The notes beneath the pieces are model-generated. The model was not told the origin of the DNA. It did no database searches and was given only the letters and a program-made list of their open reading frames with translations. A DNA stretch of 24,000 nucleotides, taken from positions 251,735 to 275,734 of the forward strand of contig NZ_WMEX01000003.1 in the NCBI RefSeq assembly GCF_009856365.1. The letters are read 5' to 3'. The DNA is from Vreelandella halophila. GTDB lineage: Bacteria > Pseudomonadota > Gammaproteobacteria > Pseudomonadales > Oleiphilaceae. Positions 15,828 to 22,513 of the stretch are shown piece by piece. The translations under genes and the position numbers were made by a program. Position 1 is the stretch's first letter. Each line of letters opens with the position of its first letter.

Positions 15828-16320
15828 AATATGAAGCATTAGGATCATCCATCCGTTGAAGCGTCTCTCCAAGGATCCCGAGAAAATAGTTAACCCTCAT
15901 TGGCGATCTCGACCCCGGTCCTTTCACTTCAATGATCCAGCGCTCGGAACCACGATTGGCCTCGATATCGATACCCTGCACGCTGCCCCAGGCCACTTGA
16001 GTGCTCCAGCGGGCACGCTGAAGCCATTGATCCAGTACTTCCTTGATCTCATCTTCGGATAGCGCCTCCAGGTCATGGTTCTTCTGCTGGCTTCTGCCAG
16101 TAGGCGCCTCATGACGTTCAGCATTGCCTTTATAATTCCCAATCAGGCCATCTGCGCGCCTTTGCCTGACGACAACTCCTTTGGACTCCAATCCCCGCGC
16201 AGTCTGATTAACAGGTTGTTGAGGAGCACTGGCGCCTCGTAGCTGACTGGTAATCTCACGATCAGTCATCCCGGGTGATTTGGAGATGAGCTGAAGAATT
16301 TGGTCGGTCAGACTCCCCAT
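15700..16320 (-). CDS. Winged-HTH (MarR-like) N-terminal domain fused to a PD-(D/E)xK restriction-endonuclease-like domain
   Basis: N-terminal LTDQILQLISKSPGMTDREITSQL....ARGLESKGVVVRQRR is wHTH-like. C-terminal GIDIEANRGSERWIIEVKG fits D...ExK. A TAGGAGG SD lies 8 nt upstream of ATG 16320. Last gene of a three-gene minus-strand cassette. Confidence 0.6.
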   Translation of the reverse strand: MGSLTDQILQLISKSPGMTDREITSQLRGASAPQQPVNQTARGLESKGVVVRQRRADGLIGNYKGNAERHEAPTGRSQQKNHDLEALSEDEIKEVLDQWLQRARWSTQVAWGSVQGIDIEANRGSERWIIEVKGPGSRSPMRVNYFLGILGETLQRMDDPNASYSIALPDLKQYRGLWHRLPDLAKSRTTLSLLLVALDGSIEWLE

Positions 16321-16365
16321 TGGAAGACCTCCTAAGCTTCCGTTCCTATAAGCAGGACAGACACG

Positions 16366-17211
16366 CTATTTCACCAGTGACTCTATCCAGGAGAAAGCTT
16401 CCGGGTAATCACTCGTATCAAGCACAAACTCCTGTCCACGCGGAACACACTGGAGCCGGCACTGCTCCCCGTCCAACTGCCAGCGGCTCAGATCGTCATG
16501 CTGGCTCAATGGCCGTTTCCCTTCGGAAGGATAGAAAAAGCCTGGGAGTTGCCACACGCTGACCTTTTTGCTGCCCGGCACGGTAAGCCGTAGCTCATCG
16601 TTCATACTCTGGAACACGCCTGCACCCTGAATCCTCATGGGCCCTCGCCCCAGATCCAAGCTCTCGCGCGCAATATATAGCGTATTAGAGGGTTTTGCCT
16701 CACGGTGAAAGTGTGGGTGATCCTGCACCCACGGCAACCTTTCTCCCAATGCTCCATCAACCGGACTGACCTCTTCAACCTGAAGCCATCCCCAGAGGGC
16801 ATGGAATGGAGCCGATTGCCTGTCAAAGCGCCATCGCCCATCGACACGCTCAACGCGACGGAAAAGACCAAAGAACAGGAACAGGTCACCCTCCGAGACG
16901 CCTTGATTTCGCAGATGCCCCTGAGCCTGATCAATCTGCCCCAGGGTGGGACGCCAACCAGGTTTTCGGGAAGTCAGTTCAGGTGCCAGGTCCGGATCCA
17001 GGTGAGCCCTGTGATCCCTCCGTTTAGGATTCCCGGTCAGGTCGGCAACCAGTTCACCGACGTTGATGCCTTCATACTGCAGATCGCTGTAACGTACCGA
17101 AGATTGTTTATCCGGTATGGGTAGCGACAGGAAACTGCCATCCGGAAATACAGGGCTCGGGCAACCGCCTGCACTGGAATCGAAACCTTTACGGCTCAGT
17201 ATCAGCTTCAT
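16366..17211 (-). CDS. Nmad3-like protein (nucleotide-modification-associated domain 3; assignment from memory, unverified)
   Basis: The N-terminus MKLILSRKGFDSSAGGCPSPVFPDGSFLSLPIP matches my recollection of proteins annotated as Nmad3 family. Its ATG (17209-17211) overlaps the TGA of the upstream gene (ATGA coupling). Confidence 0.5.
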   Translation of the reverse strand: MKLILSRKGFDSSAGGCPSPVFPDGSFLSLPIPDKQSSVRYSDLQYEGINVGELVADLTGNPKRRDHRAHLDPDLAPELTSRKPGWRPTLGQIDQAQGHLRNQGVSEGDLFLFFGLFRRVERVDGRWRFDRQSAPFHALWGWLQVEEVSPVDGALGERLPWVQDHPHFHREAKPSNTLYIARESLDLGRGPMRIQGAGVFQSMNDELRLTVPGSKKVSVWQLPGFFYPSEGKRPLSQHDDLSRWQLDGEQCRLQCVPRGQEFVLDTSDYPEAFSWIESLVK

Positions 17212-17873
17212 CAGCAGCTTCCGCAGGACTGTATCTGGGACGTACTTTCTTCATCTTTCCAGTAATGCGGCAATCCGTGACAACCTGGCTTGAACTCAGA
17301 GCGGACGTAGTCAATAAATTCCCTAGCTCGCGCCCGCTCCGTCCCCCATCCATGGGCCGCCTGCCCTTTCGGCACCTTAGGTCGGATTTCAGGAGGAAGG
17401 TACATCGGGTCCCTTCCAAAATAATAGAATTCGTCTGCTATCAGCACATACCGGCCGCCGATATCCGTCTCGCGGTGACCCAAATCAGGCCCGGATTCTG
17501 TCCAATGATTAGGATTTATCAATTGCTCAAAATGCGCTGGCTCGTGAGCCCATTCGCTCAGGGGCCGATAAATATTATCTCCGGTTTTGGGATAGGGCCC
17601 TTTAGTCTTCATGTTGGGGATTTTGTCCTGAAACCGCGGGTCCCAGAAGTAATCGCGAATCAGTGTCTTCTCCCCTACCCGCATCAGGTACACCAGTCTT
17701 TCATCACCAACCGGGTCTCCGTTCAGTTCCCCTGATGTAAACCCCGCAATCCAGTCACCGACACGTTTACATCGGCGAATTTCAGGCTTACAGGTGGCAA
17801 GCGTAAGCGTGTGGCCAAAAGGGTTGGGTGCGAAGCCTGAGTCATGGGTTATTTTGTACGAGAAGAGTCTCAT
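17211..17873 (-). CDS. Nmad2-like protein (nucleotide-modification-associated domain 2; assignment from memory, unverified)
   Basis: The N-terminus MRLFSYKITHDSGFAPNPFGHTLTLATCKPEIRRC matches my recollection of Nmad2-family proteins. An AAGGGAG SD lies 4 nt upstream of ATG 17873. Confidence 0.5.
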   Translation of the reverse strand: MRLFSYKITHDSGFAPNPFGHTLTLATCKPEIRRCKRVGDWIAGFTSGELNGDPVGDERLVYLMRVGEKTLIRDYFWDPRFQDKIPNMKTKGPYPKTGDNIYRPLSEWAHEPAHFEQLINPNHWTESGPDLGHRETDIGGRYVLIADEFYYFGRDPMYLPPEIRPKVPKGQAAHGWGTERARAREFIDYVRSEFKPGCHGLPHYWKDEESTSQIQSCGSC

Positions 17874-17970
17874 TAAGCTCCCTTGAGGGCCTCGGCTTGC
17901 GCCACGTGCCTTCGCTCAGGCCATGGCAGAAATTCCAAACCTTGGAGTGGAGTTGACCCGTTCTGAAACT

Positions 17971-18139
17971 GGCCTTGATCCAGCGTAGCAGAGAACAACG
18001 CAATGGGGATCATAGAAGGCCATGGCTGTAGGGCCTTCGCTTGACACCGGAATCATCGGTTTGGAAGATACGCTCGTCGTCACGGACACAGGGAAGACGA
18101 CACCCCAAGGACGAAACAGATTCAAGGAGCGAGCCCACC
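17971..18139 (+). repeat. Conserved non-coding leader upstream of toxin gene 3 (copy 2 of 2)
   Basis: Aligns with 12158-12325 (see that entry). Contains the same TTGACA-N17-GAAGAT (18041-18069), hairpin and SD. Confidence 0.85.
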
Positions 18140-19156
18140 ATGCCCCACGTTGTAAGCGCCCCCTGCGGAATGAGCAGTCGCCGGCTGGCGGAACGCCACC
18201 TCCGGAGCAACGACGACGAGACCACCCGGCAACTCCAGGGAAACCTCGAACGGAATAACTCAAGTAAGCTCAGTAATGGCACCACCAAGATGCCGGCGCT
18301 GATCGTGACGCCGGATGGAACCCGGGTGAGCGAGCAGGAGGAAACCGAATGCGATCGCTTGAGCAAAGACCTGGATCGGCTCCAGAGGCGGCTTGGCCAG
18401 GAGAACTACCGCAAGCTGGCTGAGCTTACCAATACCACCGGGCCAGAGGCGCTCAGCGTTGTTATGGCGGCCGAGCGGTGGGTTCAGAAGCATAAGGACT
18501 CACTGTCTATGGGCCTGGGACTGACAGGTGGTGCGGTTTCCGGTGCAAAAAGCCGACTGGATGACTTCGGCAAATCCCTGGCCCAGTACGAGGATGCCCT
18601 TAACACCTACCTGCTCAGTAAGCATTCCCCGGCTGCACAGCGTGCTAAAGCAAGAGAGGCAGCTCAGCGAGCTTTTAAGGATCTCAACGGGCGCTTTGCG
18701 GCGGAACTGGAGACAATGGCCCAGAATTCCCGCTACAAAAGTTGGGTGCACAATCCTTTCCGGAGTTTCGCTGGCGGGGTTGAGGCCTCCTTCAATACCA
18801 GTGGTAGCCCTATAAGTTCCCTGCCCGAGACACAGAGGCTTAATATCGGCCTGGGGGCAACGCGGGTACTGGGCAAAGGGGCTTTTGGACTTGATCTTGT
18901 AGCTAGAGGCTATCGGGTCGCGTATAGCGACAACAAGGACTATACCCTCGCCAAAGAAGCAGCAACCTTTGCAGTTTCCGGGCTTGTCACTTCTATCGTC
19001 GTTCGAGGAGCTGCGTTTGGGCTTACCTTGGTTCTGGGGCCGAGCGGGCTTGTACTACTGATCACTTTAACCAGCATTGGCGCACTTACAGCCTACAACA
19101 CTGATCTGATAGCCCGTGATTTGTTCGACGATACGGCTGAAGCCCTCCTGAAATAG
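18140..19156 (+). CDS. Putative membrane-active polymorphic toxin, copy 2 in full length (338 aa)
   Basis: Starts MPHVVSAPCGMSS exactly as in 12326. It is near-identical to copy 1 for ~270 aa, then diverges through the hydrophobic C-terminus (VSGLVTSIVVRGAAFGLTLVLGPSGLVLLITLTSIGALTAYNTDLIARDLFDDTAEALLK). The track start 18041 is the TTG of the TTGACA box and lies in a frame not shared with copy 1. Confidence 0.55.
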   Translation: MPHVVSAPCGMSSRRLAERHLRSNDDETTRQLQGNLERNNSSKLSNGTTKMPALIVTPDGTRVSEQEETECDRLSKDLDRLQRRLGQENYRKLAELTNTTGPEALSVVMAAERWVQKHKDSLSMGLGLTGGAVSGAKSRLDDFGKSLAQYEDALNTYLLSKHSPAAQRAKAREAAQRAFKDLNGRFAAELETMAQNSRYKSWVHNPFRSFAGGVEASFNTSGSPISSLPETQRLNIGLGATRVLGKGAFGLDLVARGYRVAYSDNKDYTLAKEAATFAVSGLVTSIVVRGAAFGLTLVLGPSGLVLLITLTSIGALTAYNTDLIARDLFDDTAEALLK

Positions 19157-19165
19157 GATAGCTCT

Positions 19166-19591
19166 ATGATTTTTGCCTCGAATCCCTGTGACAGCCTGAT
19201 TCTGGGATATCTGATTCCGATTGCCATGCTGCCACTGATCCCGATGATGGCTCTGGCTTACCCGCTACTCGGTCGCCATTTTGACCCGATGATCCAGCAT
19301 CGCGAGTCGATTGATTTCTACATGGGGCCATTGGGGACATATCTCATACGTCCTGGTGGATATGCTCTTTTCATCGTCATGAACATGGACTGGAAAAAGC
19401 TTGAGGAACGTGCCACACGCCGTAATCCGGACGTAAACCCTATGGGTCCCACAATTCGGACCTACGGGAGTATTGATTTCAAAAGCGAGGCGAACGCCTT
19501 TCAGATCGGATTCAGCTGGCTTTATATCCTGCTGGTAGCGCTCACCGTAGTGCTCGGCTTCATTTATACGTTCTGCAAGCACTTTCTTTGA
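19166..19591 (+). CDS. Putative cognate immunity protein 3 (141-aa membrane paralogue)
   Basis: ATG 9 nt after the toxin stop. Same length and motifs as 13352 and 14565 (YPLLGRHFDP, RPGGYALFIV, MDWKKLEE, RTYGSIDF). Confidence 0.6.
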   Translation: MIFASNPCDSLILGYLIPIAMLPLIPMMALAYPLLGRHFDPMIQHRESIDFYMGPLGTYLIRPGGYALFIVMNMDWKKLEERATRRNPDVNPMGPTIRTYGSIDFKSEANAFQIGFSWLYILLVALTVVLGFIYTFCKHFL

Positions 19592-19593
19592 GC

Positions 19594-19695
19594 GGAGCAG
19601 TGGTTCTCCATAAATTCATGAAGAAGGATCAGAAAATACCTGCTAAGGACATAAAGCTCGCGCGAGAGCGCATGAAGGAGGTGAAAAAACGATGA
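19594..19695 (+). pseudogene. 3' remnant of a HigB/Gp49-like (RelE-superfamily) toxin gene
   Basis: Translation GAVVLHKFMKKDQKIPAKDIKLARERMKEVKKR* matches the characteristic C-terminus of Gp49-like toxins (hGFxKKTQKTPxxEIxxAxxRxKE). Its TGA overlaps the ATG of the downstream HTH gene (ATGA). The upstream frame runs straight into immunity gene 3, so the N-terminal ~70 codons are missing. Confidence 0.55.
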
Positions 19696-19973
19696 GCCTC
19701 GATACGCTTAAGAAGGAGGCCCTTCAGGACGACAAAGTGAAGGCCGAGTACGACAAGCTGGCTCCGGAATTTGAGCTGATTGACCAACTCCTTTCCATGC
19801 GTAATAGCGCGGGCCTGACCCGGCAGGAACTTGCTGAACGCATGGGGACGCAGAAATCCAACGTGAGCAGGTTGGAGCACGGACGGAGCAACCCGAGCTG
19901 GAGGATGCTCACCCGCTATGCGCATGCCTGTGGTTATGAGCTAAAACTAACGACACTGGAGCGCTCAGCGTAA
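19692..19973 (+). CDS. XRE-family HTH protein (HigA-like antitoxin, now orphaned)
   Basis: The HTH LTRQELAERMGTQKSNVSRLEHGRSNPSWRMLTRYAHACG is typical of antitoxins encoded downstream of Gp49-like toxins. 93 aa. Confidence 0.8.
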   Translation: MSLDTLKKEALQDDKVKAEYDKLAPEFELIDQLLSMRNSAGLTRQELAERMGTQKSNVSRLEHGRSNPSWRMLTRYAHACGYELKLTTLERSA

Positions 19974-20263
19974 CCGCTGTCATCGCTCCAGCGTCCCCTT
20001 GAATTCCCCAGCACCTGAAGCTCTCCAAAGGTTCTTATTCCATCAGCAGGCATGTTGCACTCTACTAGGGTCAATCCGGGACTTTGGCGATTATGGACGT
20101 CTCTGGGAGGCGTGAACAGCGCACACTAGGGCCAGCTCCTACCTACCTCTGGTGTCTTGCCATACGCTACCGGCGAACTGCCAAGAAATCCTTGGTAGTT
20201 GCCAACCGACTCGGCACCTAAAGCGTTACCATTGCAGCTGCAAAAACCAGAAAGCTACTGGCC

Positions 20264-20998
20264 TCAACACTCTTTAACCCATATCCACCCTTCCTTGGTG
20301 GCCAGGGCCTGGTCTTCTGGCCCCATCACCTTTCCCCACAGAAAGTCGTGGGCGGCAAGCAGGCAGATCACCGCATCTAATGCATCTGACTTACTTTCCA
20401 TGGCCGGAATCGGCACATCAATCCTGATGAGGGAACCAACGGCGTGAGCCACACGCTCTCGCGCCTCTTGGCCTTTGGCGGCCTTATACCCGGTACTTTC
20501 AATCCCGTGAGCCACCAGGGTTGCGGCAGGATAGACTTCGATGGCGCGCAGTCCCTCGACCTCCGGCTGCCAAGCCAGTGTGATCGGCCGCTGCAGTAAA
20601 TGGCGCAGGGATTCCAATAACTCAAGCGCGGCATGCGCGGTCCGGGCAATTCGGTCAGCACCCACATCCAGGGACTGTTTACCGATTCGCTCGCGGATGA
20701 ACCGGTCTGTTTCTCTTCGGAACAGGTAATTGGCGCTGCCAGCCAGTGAGTCACCGGCATTGTGATTCACCAGCGACTGCGCCATTGGTTCGGGCCAGCC
20801 CAATGGGGCATCCATCGCAAGCAGGGTCGGCCCGCTTCGGTTGGAAAGCCAATCCGCAATCGCCTGCGCCGGGAGCAGATCATTGCTCCCCAGTGCCGCT
20901 CCCTCGACAACGGTGCCATTCTCCGAGAAGGTGCCAAAAGCGTAGCCGACATTCCTGGGGTCGGAGGCGCAGTCAATGCCGACGATATTGATGGTCAT
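20264..20998 (-). CDS. DUF429-like protein (predicted RNase H-fold nuclease family)
   Basis: N-terminal IVGIDCA, mid EVYPAA and C-terminal SDALDAVICLLAAHDF fit my memory of DUF429 conserved positions. Unverified. Confidence 0.5.
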   Translation of the reverse strand: MTINIVGIDCASDPRNVGYAFGTFSENGTVVEGAALGSNDLLPAQAIADWLSNRSGPTLLAMDAPLGWPEPMAQSLVNHNAGDSLAGSANYLFRRETDRFIRERIGKQSLDVGADRIARTAHAALELLESLRHLLQRPITLAWQPEVEGLRAIEVYPAATLVAHGIESTGYKAAKGQEARERVAHAVGSLIRIDVPIPAMESKSDALDAVICLLAAHDFLWGKVMGPEDQALATKEGWIWVKEC

Positions 20999-21034
20999 AC
21001 TGGTTCGCCACGGTTATGAAATACGTTCTCCTTG

Positions 21035-21098
21035 ACCTGAGAGGCTCCTATTCGCCTCTCAAATCCACGCCAGCATTTCTGCTATAATGCTTTAAAGA
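21035..21098 (+). repeat. ~64-bp intergenic element, copy A
   Basis: ACCTGAGAGGCTCCTATTCGCCTCTCAAATCCACGCCAGCATTTCTGCTATAATGCTTTAAAGA aligns in the same orientation with 22425-22488, with roughly four-fifths of positions identical by eye. It contains a GAGAGG...CCTCTC stem-loop. Confidence 0.7.
21080..21088 (+). promoter_or_regulatory. Extended -10 element TGCTATAAT, about 35 nt upstream of the small ORF at 21124
   Basis: Consensus TGnTATAAT read directly. It lies inside repeat copy A. The homologous position in copy B is degenerate (TATTAGGGT). Confidence 0.3.
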
Positions 21099-21123
21099 GA
21101 GACTAAAGGCTCAGGAGGCTCCT

Positions 21124-21291
21124 GTGGCTACAACGGCTAGTCGCAAAAATCGTCGTGATGTAACTCGCGCGTCCATTCGACGTTCTGTTGCCAGTTCCAC
21201 TGCCATTGAAACGGGTGAGAGCATTCAGGCCCTGGAAACCAAGCTCAAGCGCAACCGCAAGAAATACAGCCACATCACGCTGGCAAGCTAA
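21124..21291 (+). CDS. Small basic protein (55 aa, GTG start), not in the supplied ORF track
   Basis: An AGGAGG SD lies 5 nt upstream of GTG 21124. The frame is open to TAA 21289-21291. Product: VATTASRKNRRDVTRASIRRSVASSTAIETGESIQALETKLKRNRKKYSHITLAS. No family assigned. Confidence 0.3.
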   Translation: MATTASRKNRRDVTRASIRRSVASSTAIETGESIQALETKLKRNRKKYSHITLAS

Positions 21292-21400
21292 AGGCGAGGC
21301 GCCTGCTTACTGGCAGATATCCAAAGCCTGCCGCACGAAACTGCGACTATCCCCTTCGCTGTAGTCCAGCGTTCCGAAACCTGCCTGCGCTGACATGACA

Positions 21401-21892
21401 CTACTTACGCTTTCGGGGCCCAGGAACATCCAGTTCCTGAATATGACACTCAACACCGCTCTCGGTAACCCGTAGTCGTCCAACCGTAACAGGCAGGCTG
21501 AAGCGGCGTGGGCCCGCGCTACCCGGGTTGAAATAGAGCACGCCATCCTGGATCTCATTGAAGGGTTTGTGGGAGTGCCCGAACAGGACGACATCGCAGG
21601 ATCTGTCCGGGAGTAGGGTCTCGATGTCCTGATGACGATGGACCATCTGGATACGTAGGCCGTTAACGGTGAGCTCCTGCGTTTCCGGATAGACCAGGGC
21701 CCAGTCCCCGTGGTCCACGTTGCCCCGTATCGCCACGACCTGCGCCTGCTCGCTCAGGGCATCCATAACCCCTGGCTTGCCGATGTCACCCACGTGAAGA
21801 ATCAGCTCACAGTCGGCCAGAGCACTCAGGGCCTCGGGCCTCACCTGGCCATGGGTATCCGCAATGACGCCGATATCACTGCTTATGCGCAC
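21401..21892 (-). CDS. Metallophosphoesterase, YfcE/MJ0936-like
   Basis: Calcineurin-like motifs in order: IADTHG, HVGDI, RGNVD, MVHRH and LFGHSH. GTG start with a GGGAGAGGA SD. Confidence 0.8.
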   Translation of the reverse strand: MRISSDIGVIADTHGQVRPEALSALADCELILHVGDIGKPGVMDALSEQAQVVAIRGNVDHGDWALVYPETQELTVNGLRIQMVHRHQDIETLLPDRSCDVVLFGHSHKPFNEIQDGVLYFNPGSAGPRRFSLPVTVGRLRVTESGVECHIQELDVPGPRKRK

Positions 21893-22113
21893 GGTTTTCC
21901 TCTCCCAATTCCAACAAGACTACGGGGTCCACCCTAAGCTTCGCTCCGCGTCATCTTCGTTAAGATGATCTCGTCATCTTTCATCCGAAAGAGCATGCAC
22001 CAGCCAGAGTTGCCAGGATTGAGAATCTGCAACGACAGCTCTCCGCAGTGATGGCAGACTGGTGATTGCGATCAAAAACTTTGACGCCAATCACCGAGTA
22101 AGATGGAGACCCT

Positions 22114-22350
22114 ATGAGTCACACCCCGCACGAACTGGCGGAAGAATTCCCGGAACACACCGATCGCATCTCTGAGCTCAAACAGTCGGACGCACACTTT
22201 GCCGAACTGGTGGATGAGTACCACGAAATAAACCGCACCATTCACCGTATGGAAACGGAAGTTGAGCCGGTGGCCACGCCCACAGAGGAAGATGCCCGCA
22301 AAAAGCGCGTGGCGCTTAAGGACCAGATTGCGGCGTACCTCAACAAGTAG
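22114..22350 (+). CDS. YdcH/DUF465 family small protein
   Basis: HELAEEFPEHTDRISELKQSDAHFAELVDEYHEINRTIHRME is the typical DUF465 pattern. 78 aa. Confidence 0.8.
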   Translation: MSHTPHELAEEFPEHTDRISELKQSDAHFAELVDEYHEINRTIHRMETEVEPVATPTEEDARKKRVALKDQIAAYLNK

Positions 22351-22396
22351 CCCAGCGACAGCCGAGCCGCGACCGGGCTCGCGCTGACCGAAAGCA

Positions 22397-22424
22397 CCGC
22401 CGGTTCCACCCGGCGGCCTTATCT
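22397..22424 (+). terminator. GC-rich hairpin CCGCCGG-TTCCAC-CCGGCGG followed by CCTTATCT (possible shared terminator for the convergent genes)
   Basis: A 7-bp perfect stem read directly. The U-tract is poor, so intrinsic terminator function is uncertain. Confidence 0.3.
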
Positions 22425-22488
22425 ACCTGAGAGTCCCCCATCCGCCTCTCAAATCCGCGCCACCATTTCTATTAGGGTGCTTTAAAGG
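22425..22488 (+). repeat. ~64-bp intergenic element, copy B
   Basis: ACCTGAGAGTCCCCCATCCGCCTCTCAAATCCGCGCCACCATTTCTATTAGGGTGCTTTAAAGG. See copy A at 21035-21098. Confidence 0.7.
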
Positions 22489-22513
22489 GCTATCTGGAAA
22501 AGCTGCCGGAGCG

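Noticed and set aside
19948-19990. CTGGAGCG...CGCTCCAG inverted repeat spanning the antitoxin stop codon, as a possible terminator
   Set aside because: The loop is ~27 nt and no T-tract follows. This is too weak to call an intrinsic terminator.
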